Shown: one piece after another, positions 14,966 through 27,624 of the stretch | How positions within the stretch are numbered: position 1 is the first letter of the stretch | Layout of the letters: the number at the start of each line of letters is the position of its first letter | NCBI RefSeq assembly: GCF_041956535.1 | Contig: NW_027192194.1 | Span: 93,444-157,443, forward strand | Source: Calcarisporiella thermophila CBS 279.70 | Lineage: Eukaryota; Fungi; Calcarisporiellomycota | Direction of reading: 5' to 3' | DNA: 64,000 bases | Translations under genes and position numbers: made by a program | The notes under the pieces: generated by a model | Databases searched by the model: none | Told to the model about the DNA's origin: nothing | Seen by the model: the letters and a program-made list of their open reading frames with translations, nothing else

Positions 14966-17736
14966 ATGTCCGCGCTTGACGAAACACAGCATTCTTCGAA
15001 TGCAGATGAATTCGATATGGATTTTGAGGAGATTCCCATGATCGACGATACAACGGCCGATGAACTGGAGGCGACAGCACGAGCACTCCTTACGCGTGAA
15101 CAGAATGTTGTTGAACGTGTGTTTTTATTAACTTTAACTTACCGCATAAATTTGAAGTATACTAATTGAATGATTCATCTAACTGATAGTAGATGCAAAT
15201 AATTTGATAAATGGAACGACTAATGGGAAGCTAAAAAGCGAAGATCTAAAGAATGACGAAACAATGAAGGTAAGGGGTATAATGATTTCCATAAAGTCTT
15301 TTTTTTTGGATACTTTAAAACCAATCGTTGCTAAATTCTCGTGTTTTTTATTGCTTCAGTTAAAAGAAGAGCTGGGGCGATTAAAAAGTGAGCAGCAAAG
15401 AATTCAAAATGAACTGTACACTAAAGAAGGAGAGATAACGATTATTCGCAATAATATGGTCAAAGTAAGTTTGTTCGTCCTTTAGATAAAGTCGCGCTGT
15501 TTTGTGTATGATGTTTACGACGTGTTTTCAAAATTTTTCCTTGTTAATAGGTTGAGAGAGAAAAGGAATTTCTTCGTATATCACTGAATGAGGCACTCCA
15601 AAAAGCACAAAGTGATCAAAAGGCATTACAAGAGGAATTTAAGAAGGAATTGGATTCATATGGAACCCGTTTGCAATTTATGGTGCGTGTACCATTAACA
15701 TTTTACTTTATCAAGCGATCTAGTATATTTTGAATTGCAATCTATTTCCTCTAGACACAAGAGTTAGTCTCAGCAAAATGGAATTCCGAAAAACAAGTTG
15801 AGAAACTTGGATCACAAACCATAGCTGTTGGGAGAAGTCCCTCAAAAACAGGCTTAAATAAGGGTCCATCCAAAGGTGAATGCAACCCCGCTTGGATTTT
15901 TTTTTTTTTGATACTAATTTAGCTCTTTTAGATCAATTTCTTTCCGAATCAGATTTCATCATGCCTCCCCTCTTATCCAAGAAAATGAAATCCGTAGGTA
16001 TAATGACAGAAAGTAACCTACAGAGTGAGTCTACAGACATGAATGTGGATCAGAACGTAATCGCTTCACCTTCGCGCCCTAGTAAAAAAGAGAAAACAAA
16101 TATAAAATCAAGGGTTAAACGTCCGTTACCAATGAAGGACGAGAAATTGGAGGTGAGAAATACCGATAAGACCAGGTTTTGTAAGTGATGTGCCAATAAT
16201 GCCTTTATTGAATTGCAGTTGTTACAAACTCTTTTTTTGTCGACGGCTCGCAAGGATCAAAGACAAACTCATCGCTGCTCTAACGAGAGATCCCTCCATG
16301 CATTGATCCATGACAACATGGCTGCAAACTTCAACCCCACAGGTAAACCCTTAAGCCGTCCTTTCTTACACCAGTGTACATGTATTTGATGCTCTTATAT
16401 CATGGAAAAGCAGAACAATCCTCACAGGCCTCTCAAACAAATTACCGACTACGCTTTCAAGCACTCTCTACGGAACTTTTCGAATGCATATTGGCAGCAG
16501 TTCGCACACTAGATGTTGAGACAGCTGCTTTAGAACTGGTGCGGGTGATGCACCGGTTTGTGGATTTATCCCTTGAATCAAAATGTGTAAGTTATTATAG
16601 TTCCCCATATATCTGCTAGAATAACCAGTTTATTGTTTACTTCGGTTTCTCCTCTAAGCTTGGCCCAGCCATTCATGCTGTTTCTATTACAAGAGCACTG
16701 GTTGAACGATATAAAGCATGTCAAAAATATATCTTATCCAATTCATATGGTAAGATTTCATTTAATATCTTCTTTTTTTTTTTAATATCAGTTTGCTAAC
16801 AATTTCTTCGCTCATAAGCCAGCGATTTCTTTTCCAAACATTTTGACCTTCTGAAACAATGCACAAACTCACCTACCCATTCTCCTCCAGAAGCTGGTTT
16901 AAATTTGATAGTCAACACTTTGGGAATTTTTCGGGCTCTAATATGGATATACAATCGCGAAATATTCCTGCGGTTTCGTCCGTTGTTTGTAGAGCGAATA
17001 TTTGAAAAATTGGTCGTGCAGGGCGGGGAAATAGCAATTGAAAGTTTGGGTTTCCTCGCGAGCTTAGTTCAGGATAAGGAATTCTTTGAATATCTGGGGC
17101 CGGCGAATAGCGAAGGCAGAAAGAGTGCCCACGGTGAAGAGCAGGAAGAGGAAGAAATAAATTTAGGGGATACATTGGCAAGAATGTTGAATGATACCAC
17201 TGAAATGACTATTCAGGTAAGCATAATACTTAAAATTTTCGTGTGCCATTTTGATTTCATAATAACATTTTTATGATGGAATATTTTTATGATAGTCATA
17301 TCGCTTGAAACGAGGAATCATTGAAGTCTTTTCAGTGGCATGCTCATATCACGAACAAGCCATAGCCTACTTTGCGTGCCAAAGTCAGACCGTGACTTGC
17401 ATCGCCACCATGCTTGAGAATCTGCTTGACCATATTCCGGAAGAAGCCCGCTGCTCCAAGCTATGCCTCATGCTCATTACCGACTCTATCAACCTGTTGC
17501 ATCTCCTCTTTCGTGGCCACCTTGATCTCCTTCGATCGCAAACCGACCCGGTGACAACTCAACAAACGCTTATCGTTGTGTTGACCAGATTAGCTGCGGC
17601 AGCCGAGATTGAAGAGGCGATAGGATTGGAAGAGAACGTCAGCGAAAAGGCACGAGATATTCTTGAAACCATTTTGACTCCCGAACAGGAGGATACGATT
17701 GCCTTATTACGACAGGATTCAGGACAGGATAGTTAG
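14966..17736 (+). CDS. ATRIP/Rad26/Lcd1-like checkpoint protein (multi-exon)
   Basis: Acidic N-terminus (DEFDMDFEE...DELEATA), coiled coil with the motif LYTKEGEITIIRNN typical of the ATRIP/Rad26 family, and a helical-repeat C-terminus. Confidence 0.7.
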
Positions 17737-17942
17737 ATTGCCTCTTTTTTGTATGTATATTTGTCTAGTGCTTCTCTTTTATTTTCCGCTCCACATATTT
17801 CTGTATTTATTTTCACATTAATCACATTATTTGCAACGTTGAAAATCTCTGGTCAAAATTCCCATTTCTAAAAGTACTCGAATGTTTACAACAAAAACAA
17901 CCAACAATATGTGCAGGCTCCAAGTAGAAACTGCTTCCACTT

Positions 17943-18987
17943 TCAAAACTCTTCGCACTCTACCTCAAGCCCACACACAGAACACACTTGTTTCGAAACA
18001 CCGTTGACGGTTACATTTGCGCCAAATTGATGCTCATGCTTCTCATCCTGGCGCTTTTCCCATGCGCTGGTAAAAGTGCGTTTTCTTAAATCTATTGATA
18101 CAAATTTGCGGATTCAGTCTCCAACTTCAATTGTCGCAAATCGAATTGCGATCAACATACCCTTCAGTTTGTCTCGAAAGACTTTTTCCTTTTTCCGCTT
18201 CTTTTCTCCTTGCCGCCGCTCCCACTCGGCATCAAGCGCTTCTGCAGACCCCCACCTCCGAAATGCATAGGCTTCCACTTGCTCCCGCACAAATAGCATC
18301 ATGTTATTCCAAGTCGATTTACGTGGGTTCGGCCGTTCCCATCGGGGTAACAACTCGGGATCACGGAGTTCACCATCAGTAAGGAGGTAATCTTCCTTCG
18401 CTTCCGTCTTAGTAATTAAAGAGTATTTTTCTGGGTAGGCTTCCCGACACTTTGGGCAGATAGGAAGATTAAATTGTTTAAGGTAATTATAGTCGAGTTC
18501 AACAGATCCACATTCTTTACATTTAGGATTTTCTTCCGGGTTCAAACTTATTGCTAAAATATCGAAGACTGAATTAGTGTGGAACCGATAATTATGAGAA
18601 AAGAGGAGTATTACGTGGATCAAATTCAGGTTCTGGAGGCTCCCATTTTCTTTTCTTTCCTTCGCCCTCTTCTTCTTCCGCAATAAATCCACCACGAGTG
18701 TCGTGCATAGTCGACAAATCATATTCAAAGTATTTAGCGAATTTCTTCATGGGCTTCAGCTTGGATTCTTCATTTGGTTGGTTATCTTGTGTGGGCTGTT
18801 CGGATTGCTTCTTAGAACGTAGTTTAGCAAGAGCACGAACGCGATTTTGCTCGATACGATCAAGCTGCTCTGGAGTGAGCGTCGACTGTGATCCAGAGGA
18901 AGGAAGAGATTGGGGTAAATCTGCATTCGATTGAATTGAAGAGGATGTATCCTTAGATATCGGTGTGAGATTATTAGAAGATTCCAT
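17943..18987 (-). CDS. RAD14: DNA damage recognition protein XPA/Rad14
   Basis: YFEYDLSTMHDTRGGF, zinc finger CKEC...CPKC, KYSLITKTEAKEDYLLTD, C-terminal CSVCGLEVECEEF*. Confidence 0.95.
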
Positions 18988-19525
18988 CTGTGTATTAGAA
19001 TTACAATTGAATACAACAGTTTTGCATTTTTTCAGTCACACCAACGAATAAAGGTTGAACTGACATATAAATTGTCACCCAAACAAGGAAAATCAGAATT
19101 TCAGGAGGGGAACAATCAGATACTTGCGGAAAGTTACGCTTCGATGGTCAGTGGGGTGAATCCAATGTATATTGCTCCCAAATTAGTACAACTGATCGAG
19201 CTTGATTCTCGAAAGGGTAGATCATCAGATGCATTTGAAGAAGTTGTAAACACCCAACTAGTGCGGCTATATGAGAATATCCCGCTAACTTCCAAAGAGA
19301 CAACTACGCGATAATCGGATATACGAAAAAAAAAATTTTTTTTGCTTGTGTAAATACAGGGATCCTTTTTTATTAAGAGTATAATCAAACATTTCTTGAA
19401 CTACAAAACATAGAAACCATGCTACATAAAAGGGCTTTGGGAACAAAAACTCTCCAGTTTATTGCTCTATTTTCCTTGTCGAAATGTTGAGTACAATTAT
19501 CCCGCAACACACTGATAAAACCAGT

Positions 19526-21048
19526 TTATTGATTTATTACAAAAATAGCTGCACCACTTCCAGGTTTTGTCGCAAAAATGACATCCTCCAATTCAGAGTC
19601 TGTCATAAATGGGAATTTCTTAGAGTAGTACTGTTGCTTTACCTCGCGTATAAAATCCTCAACTCTTTCTTCGCGGACAAGTGATACAGTACACCCTCCC
19701 CAGCCAGCCCCCGTCAATCGCGAGCCACTAGCGCCAGCATTGCGGCATATCTGCGTCAATTCATCGATCTCGTTGCAGGAACAGTTGTACAAATCTCTAC
19801 AGGACTCCTGAGATGCGTTCATTAAGGCCCCTAATTCATAGAACGGATCGGCACTGTCCAAACACACATCCCGAAATTGTAGGACTCGTAATGCCTCTGA
19901 AAAGACGTGTTTCGCACGCTTGTAGAGTTGAAATTTATCACAGCGCACTGGGAACCGAGTCATGTATTTTGAAACCATTAAGGCCTCATCCATTCCAATC
20001 AATTGTGCCAGCTCTTGTTGGGTGTAGCCCTCTTGCTTCACGAAGTGTCTCTCTACTAAATCGAGCATCATAGCTAAGCGCTCTTGCATGCTCAACTCCG
20101 ATCTCCCGGCAAAATAGGTATCCAGAACCTCTCGGTAAGTTTCTTTATCCGCTATTCCAAGAGCTTTTGAAAGAGCTAAAGCTCCTATCTTAGTCTCCAC
20201 TACCCTTAGGTTATAGTTTGTGGGTGCAGTAACGTGCTTGTCGGCCTGAACTAGTGTATTTGCTACAACAAACACTAGCTTAGGATCTGAAAGTGCTACA
20301 GGCTTGGGCAGTAGAGTGGGCCAAAACTCAATATGCACAGCATGTCCGCGCTCTGCAAAAACAGAGGCGGACTGATCCATACCACCAGAATTTACGCCAA
20401 CGTTGCGTTCTCCGACAATGGCAAGTTCGGTGAGCTCTTTCTTGGTCAATGTGCCATTATTGGCACGTAGGGTTGCAACGGCTGCAGCACACACAAAAGC
20501 AGCAGAGCTGGAAACACCCGCTCCAGTTGGCACAGTGCCGTGTACCAACATGTACATACCACGAGGTTTATCGAGCTTCAGCTTTTCAAGGATCGCTTTA
20601 TATCCACATTTGAAATAATTTGACCACTCTAACACCGTTGCATCAATACTGACTATGCTTTCTTTTCCTTCAAAATCAAATTCTCTAGCGGGAAATCTAG
20701 TATCCATGTTGGCAATTCGCACACGAGAATCAGTCGTCGTGGTAGCGACAGCTATGAGTAAATCACGCTCGATCGCCATTGGCAATACTCCAAAGTTGGA
20801 GTAGTCGATATGCTCGCCAATGAGATTCACTCTCCCTGGAGAGCGAGCAATAAACTCTGGATCCAGAGAATAGAGATCCTTGAAGGCTTGACGTAAGGAT
20901 TCGTAGCGAACACTAAATGGTATACAACTAAGTCATGTTGAATACATAAAAGAATGAAAAAGACGCGTTTTTACCCTTGCTGTAAAAGATGAGTACTATA
21001 AATTCCATCAAGGGAATCAAAAATGGGGATATAGTTTTCGTTATTCAT
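19526..21048 (-). CDS. GAL1: Galactokinase (GHMP kinase, Gal1/GalK2-like)
   Basis: ARSPGRVNLIGEHIDY, VPTGAGVSSSAA, GGMDQ, GSRLTGAGWGG. Short first exon from ATG 21048. Confidence 0.93.
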
Positions 21049-21845
21049 TACTTGGTTGGTCCTTTGTGTGATGGGAAAAGAGAAGGAAATCTGGCAATAA
21101 TAGGTGCTTTGAAATTAAGGGAATGCATATGATCTGTGGCCACACTTTTTGGAAAATTCCAAAATTATGCAACGCCATTTTAGGAAAATTAGGATCAATC
21201 ACAATAGTCAAAATCATTGTTTATGTTAGCATTCATACATACGCTTAGAGATTGCATTTCTAGTTAATATTTTGCACGTGGATAGGGTGGTTATAACCTT
21301 TATGAGCCAAAGAAAGCAAATAGATTGGTGAGATTTCGAACGCTTTACCATTTTAAAATGATCTTAAATGATATACTTTGCTTTGGGCCGTTAAAAAACT
21401 TCTCTAAAGGATAATGGAATTTGAAAGGGCAAACCCGCTTTTATTCCCAATCCTTTTAATTGCCAAACTGTATGCTGCTATATAAACGTTTAGATAAATG
21501 ATAATATTTTCCCCACTAAAAGTGAAAAGAGTCTAATATACTGCCTCATTATACTAAGGATAAAATGTAGAAAACATAAATGGGAACTCAATGCAACTCC
21601 CATGGCAGAGTCCGTATCTGTTTGTTTACTATTCAATTTGTTCTATGTTCCCTTTTGCCAAACATCCCATTGAAGAGGTGAAATGCTTGGGGTTTAAAAC
21701 ATGGAACAATAAGGGCAATGGTTATAGTTAAAAAAAAAGCAAATAGGTGAAACGAAAAATATCATAAAAAGCAAATAGTACATTATATATATGTTCAAGG
21801 AAACTTGTACAAGACAAAATAGTACGAAAACATGTAACAATTATT

Positions 21846-22613
21846 CTACCTAATCGGTTCGTAATCATACCCAGGAGGACCAAACAAGACGCTTAGTGCT
21901 AGCCCTACACTACAGAATAGCGATAGGCACCACCCAATAGTTGCTAGTATAAAGCTCATGCCATAACGTGTGCCAAAATAAAATGTGTTGCTCGAGTTAT
22001 AGAGATTGGCAATAAGGGACATCGAAAGTGCACCAAAAAGAGCTAAAAATGTGCAAATTAAGTATGGGTTGGAACCAGTTAACTAACCGATATATATGTT
22101 TATATAACTACCGTTGAGAAGAAATAGGCCAACGGCAGATCTCCATCCCTTCTCCATACTCCTTCTTCCTCCACACATTATGCCGATAAGTGAAATCCAG
22201 GTAAACGATGCAATTATAGCAGCTGTCACAAGAGAGTAGCCTGCTAGTTGCCCTGTTAATATTGGTGGATGATAAGCCTAAATCGACTAATGGGGAATTT
22301 ATACATATCCGGCATACATTTCTCACAGAAATTTTCCTCTTCACAATCACCAGCGGATTGCAAAGGAAATCTCCGACATTCGCCCGTTAGTTGCGAACAT
22401 TTCTCAAAAAGCCCATAATGAGTCTCCATTCGGAAAGGCTTAGGTGGGGTAAAGATCAGCCTAATGTCAAGAGAGCAGAAATTAAAAGCTGAAAAGTAAA
22501 TATTTTCTCTTATCCATTAGCTACCAATCTGGAGTCAAAAGTCCATAAAATGTAAAGGCTAAACTTATGGTGAACACAAATGTGGTAGACAAATATTCAA
22601 TTACGCGAGGCAT
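21846..22613 (-). CDS. Four-TM claudin/SUR7/PMP22-like membrane protein (4 exons; not in the ORF track)
   Basis: Spliced by hand with GT-AG introns in consistent phase: MPRVIEYLSTTFVFTISLAFTFYGLLTPDW|LIFTPPKPFRMETHYGLFEKCSQLTGECRRFPLQSAGDCEEENFCEK|WQLAGYSLVTAAIIASFTWISLIGIMCGGRRSMEKGWRSAVGLFLLN|ALFGALSMSLIANLY...SVLFGPPGYDYEPIR*. Carries a claudin-type W...GL(F)..C..C loop. Confidence 0.85.
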
Positions 22614-22822
22614 AGTTGTATTGATGGTAATTGTCTGTAAATGAGAGCTAGAAGTATATGCAGAAAAGTCAAGCTTAGGCGTCATCAATGGAGCCAAGAC
22701 TATCCTCGATATTCATCTGCATTCCGGTATATATATAGGCTCATCTTCTGCGCCACAAAATTCATGTCGCTGGCCTGAGCACAAGGTTGAGCCTGCAGCA
22801 GGTTTAGGTTCTTCCCATACAC

Positions 22823-24436
22823 ATGTCGACTAATCCGCCCCTAGAAGCAAGCAAGAAACGCCAAAAAACGGACGAGAGTAGTAGCGGCGGTGAATTCAGT
22901 AGTACTGACTCTCTAAAATGTATTCCTCCCAATACCGATTCCGATCATTCCTTCGATTCTCCCTTCGAAAAACCCCTCTCTCTACGCATGCCCTACGTTG
23001 ATAATAGCTTCACCGATCCGTACGCATGTCCAGCGCCGTGGGACTCAGGTGACGAACGAAAAAGGAGCATATCATCAAAATCTTCCGTCCATCGTTCTGC
23101 AAATCCTTCTGCAGATACTATGTTTGATTTCTCACCTTTGGATCCCTCTTCCTCGATATCTCACTTGACGTCCATGCACAACTCCATAACAAACAACTCA
23201 CATCTTCCCGATTTCTCTATACCCAATTCTGCCTCCTCTACTCCAAGATCCACGACCATTAATACTACAGCCACCATGATGGGTGCCCCTTCTACTCCAG
23301 TTCGTTCCTATCATGATATGCGTTTGACTCCTGAGCGGCAAATGAGTCTTGACGGCGATGCGAGCAGCGAGAGTTTGTCGGAGAAAGAACTTAGTAGCGG
23401 TGGAGGAATCATCAGCCCGCGAACAAGGCACAGACGTCATAAGCTGACTGCACGGCATCACTACACAAGCAACTTGAGGTCGAGGACCCCTCAGCAAGGG
23501 GAGAGCAACTTGGTGGGAAGATGTACAAGTGGAGGAGAATCACCGCGCGAACTTAGACATTTGACAAGCACATCACCGCGCATTATTGGAGGAGGTGTTA
23601 TCCACCGGAGTGTGGTCCGACGATCTAGCCTATTGGTAAGAATTCCCAATGACCCTATACCCTATCATCGAAAATATATTCTCCTCGAAGAAACTTTTTA
23701 ACGAACATTCTCCTAACGACTATTGTTATATTTGGTAGCCAAAGGCCAAAAATTTTCAGCGTATCCTTTCACAACTAGAAGACGAATCCAAGCCACTAGA
23801 GTTTGAAATAAAACAAGAGCGTGAATTGGTGCACATGCTTAAGGGAGACGAGGCGGGGATGGATGAAGATATCAATCATAATAATGAGGACAATAAGGGA
23901 GCTGTTGTACCTAGTTCGCTCCTGTGGACGAAGTTCCGAGATGGAGAAAATAAGGAAGTAGGACCTAAGTCAAACCCTGAGGCTGAACTGAGTGTAAGTG
24001 ATTCTCAAGAAATAATGAAAATATTTTTTCTTTTTCGATGGGACTGGGTCGGAATATTAACTGTTTCTTGACCCAATAGGATTCTATGTCATCGCCCACA
24101 CTCTCTGGACTCGTTTCATCCAAATTTAAACGAAAAGGTAAGCTTATTTCCACTGTCTAGATAGTGAGCATGTCAATAACCGAGATTTGCCTGATACGTC
24201 AATTAGCGTCAGAGGACCGATTTGATTTTTACTTCGGCATGAAACGTCGAGCCGTTTCACCAAGTCTTGGGAGCCCGATCCTTTCTGGAATGCCTAGTCC
24301 AACTACCAATTCATTATATGCTTCGTCGCCTACGAATCGGTCATCAAGTGGTAATGGGAGTTCTTCTACCGGAAAGAAAACTTCTCTGTTTAGTATGCAG
24401 GATGCAAGTGGGAGCTTTAGCAGGATGAAGTTGTAG
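22823..24436 (+). CDS. Ser/Pro-rich, probably disordered fungal protein of unknown function
   Basis: 292-aa first exon, spliced blocks RRSSLLPKAKNFQRILSQLEDESKPLEFEIKQE and GMKRRAVSPS, C-terminus QDASGSFSRMKL*. Confidence 0.7.
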
Positions 24437-24976
24437 TATAATAGACTTACTTTATAGTTTCTAATTCAAAACATGTACATAACCTTACGAAGCATTTGAT
24501 TTTTACCTGGCCCGCCTTATCTTTTCTGCCTGTTAGATTTAATATAGTCATTTCTCTGCTTGATTCGATTTACTTATTGGAAAAAAAAAAATAGATATTT
24601 CCATAATTCGAAAAACAAAAAAACTGCTATTAAAATGTGATTGAAGATTTTTCACCAAGTTATAAGTCACTTTCCATTATTGATGTAAGACCAAAATACT
24701 ATTTTTCGCCGGTATTTGCTTACAAATACAATATCTCTTGATAATTTGATTGCTTTGGGGAAATAGAATTAGAAGTAGTGCAATACCCAACATAAATAAA
24801 CCCAAATTTAAGCGAGTGGTGATAATTATAGTATCCGCAGTTGTAAGAAAAGTACCCAAAATAGAATTGAATAGTTATGTGCCCTATTTGACAGCAAGCC
24901 TATCACAATATAAAATTTTAGTTGTTTTTCACTTATATGTGATAAGTGAAAAACAACTCAAATAAAGGCATTGCAA

Positions 24977-26903
24977 TTAAAGTGAGGCGCGGCGATCCTG
25001 GGAGACGGAATAGTAATGTCCCATGTCAGAATATTGCACTAGAGAAGCTAGTTCCGTTGGAGGAGGCGCTGCCATCGCCTGAGATCGAGATTTGGATAGA
25101 TTAGGCACGTTGAATGACTCGAAATTGAAAGTGCTAAAATCGTGCGGGTAATATTGGCACTCGAAGTGGTTGACAGGGAGTTTCACCAATATTTGTTGGT
25201 TGTAATGAAGTGTCTCTGGATATGGGTGGCACAAGGGAACAGACATAGGATAGTTCTATTTTATAAATATAATTTAATCAATGGAATAGCATCGCTACCA
25301 AATAAACACGACGCCGCTCACCCTGTAGCAAGGGCTGCTATAATGGTAATTCAGTTGTAACTCTTTTTCTGATGAATAGGACTGAGATTGATATGGCACA
25401 TTCGAATAGGGGGAACATTGCAGGCACTCATGATACGGATCCGACGAAAATAACTGATCCCGTGACTGATCTGACTCTGCACTTAAGAAATGGGTTGATA
25501 TCTGCCTCTCATTGTGCAGTTGGTGCTATTGATAACAAGGACAATAAGGAAGAATTAGAAATTTGAAGTTATATAAGTTGAATACACTAAAAATAAGATA
25601 ATGACACAGGATCTCGTCTCCGTTTCCCCCTTTGGTATCCATGTCGTATGATCAAATGGGTTCGAAGTGAAAGGGACGGCAGAAACTAGTGAAATTGGCG
25701 GTTCAAACGCCGCCGTCAGGAGATACTCTTTTTGATTCTCTTTGAGGTCTGGCTCTGAGCCCATAATCATTTGGCTAGTTGAAGCCGGATTTAAACTAGA
25801 CCGCTCTATCTTATCTATGTCGCTGTCTTCCATTTGCGATTTCTCTCCCGCTTGTAGATGTCTTTGTTCGAGCTTTTCATGACTTGTTACCATGCCAAGA
25901 TTTCTCTCTCTCGCGTGGTTGGATAGGTCGCTACATAGCATGGATTGCTCCTGCCCATCACTACATGTTAGTTTCAGCTATACATTCGAAAGCCCTTTTT
26001 TTCTTATTACCTTTTCAATTCGTTTATCATGCTTGGGCTTTGAATCGAAGGGCTGGAATGTTTTCGATATAAAAATTGGAAAATAGTTAAAATTGGCTTT
26101 AGCCATTCAAATAAAATGAACCATTTAAACAACGAGAGAAAATATACGTTGAGGTCGCTCAATCTGCGTTCGTCCTGTGTATTTCGAAAAATAGGCAATT
26201 GATCCAGCTATTTATTGGTATAAGAAATTGGCGCAGACATTAAAAGAAAGATAGAAGGACTAGCTGTTAAGGATATATCACCTTTACAAATCCGTTTATC
26301 TCAATAGGCTCTTCCTTATTCTGTGCACCGTTATCCCCGGGAAAATATATCACCTTATTTTGTTGCTGTGTGATACTGGAGATACTTGGTGTAAAGGGCG
26401 ATCTCATTTGAGAGTACTCTTGAGAGAAGATCGAAGCTTCCTCTGAAATCGTGTGTTTCTGGTTTCATTATTTGGAGAAAATTGGAAGAAATGATTCAAT
26501 GATATAGGATAAATTTAAGCATCCACCTACCCTGTACTCGTAACGCTCCCTGATGAACCTATCTCTATCTTCGTCGGCCATTCGATAATAGGGCTAATAA
26601 ATTGTTTGAGGGCTTACCATCTCTATTATTCCATATATTGAAGGGATTGCTCACCTGCTTTTCCTGATCAGACATTGAATTCCAAATTTCCGCGAGCCTT
26701 TTCCATCCACCACCTTTCCTCCCACAATGCCAATAGAAATGGATTGATGAAGAATTCTGAAAATGTTTTAAAATGAGTTTACCTTTGCTGCCAGCTTTAT
26801 GATCTGAAATACTCTTATGATGTTGCTTGATGAAAAAGGAATATGCTGAGATAGCACGTTTAGGCCCCTCCTTTTTCGCTCTACATTTATTTGACTTTGT
26901 CAT
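24977..26903 (-). CDS. HMG-box protein (HMGB/Nhp6-type box) with a long low-complexity C-terminus; downstream exon structure approximate
   Basis: Spliced box GPKRAISAYSFFIK...WKRLAEIWNSMSDQEKQPYYRMADEDRDRFIRERYEY. Further minus-strand ORF pieces at 25555-25941 and 24977-25246. Confidence 0.7.
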
Positions 26904-27624
26904 GCTGATCAATGAGCTCGATTATAAGAGCGAAAAAGCTCCTCCCCTGAGTGACTTTGATATTTTAAGAGATGTCCTAAATTTGCTTGACTGGTGGCAA
27001 AAACGACGCGTTTGAGTTGGGAATCTTGCAACTCTGAGAATATCATGATCAAATATTTAATTAAAGCAGGTGTAATTTGTCCCAATTGGGGTGAATCGGA
27101 TTAATGTGCATTTAACGCGTATTTTCTTAAATGGAAAAGTAGCTCAAATTTTTGTTTTCTTTGATGCTTATCTCCCTCTTGGAAATTTCTGATTTCGAGA
27201 TTTTGATAGGTGAGAGGTTTATTCTGTCCCTTCAGCTCCAGCAATTATCAGCTCCGGCGCATCAGCCCCAAATATAAAAGTAAAGATCGGTTTCTCTGAT
27301 TCTATAGCTTTGGCTCCTGGCTCACGGCTGGAATAAATACATTCCAATCTTTCAAACATATGTGATTTGAATAGCAATAAATCATTTAAAAGTCCTAGCG
27401 ACTTCATCTTACTACATTTGTTGGTGTTTGAAATCTTCGGTAAGACGAGGAGAGTCATGAGTAGACGACGTCTGTGGGAATGGCACTGATTTGTCTGCGC
27501 CACCGAGATTTCTCACTCGTTTCACTCGATTCTATTTTTGCCTTTTATTCTTCAAGAGGAGAGACGGTGGAAAATCTTTTGTTTTAAATACACTCCCCGC
27601 TGGCTGCGAAATAATCATCTCAGG

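Noticed and set aside
19140-19235. C/D snoRNA-like TGATGA...CTGA on the minus strand upstream of XPA
   Set aside because: No terminal stem or convincing rRNA-antisense guide seen.
19526-21048. GAL gene cluster
   Set aside because: No GAL7 or GAL10 homologue is visible in the window.
23761-23770. GTATCCTT as a U12 intron donor
   Set aside because: It lies inside an in-frame coding block (QRILS) with no matching branch site.
24977-26903. HMG-box gene as a Mucorales sexM/sexP mating-type locus
   Set aside because: The box is HMGB/Nhp6-like (PKRAISAYSFF) and is not flanked by a triose-phosphate transporter or rnhA. The nearby helicase is clearly SUB2.
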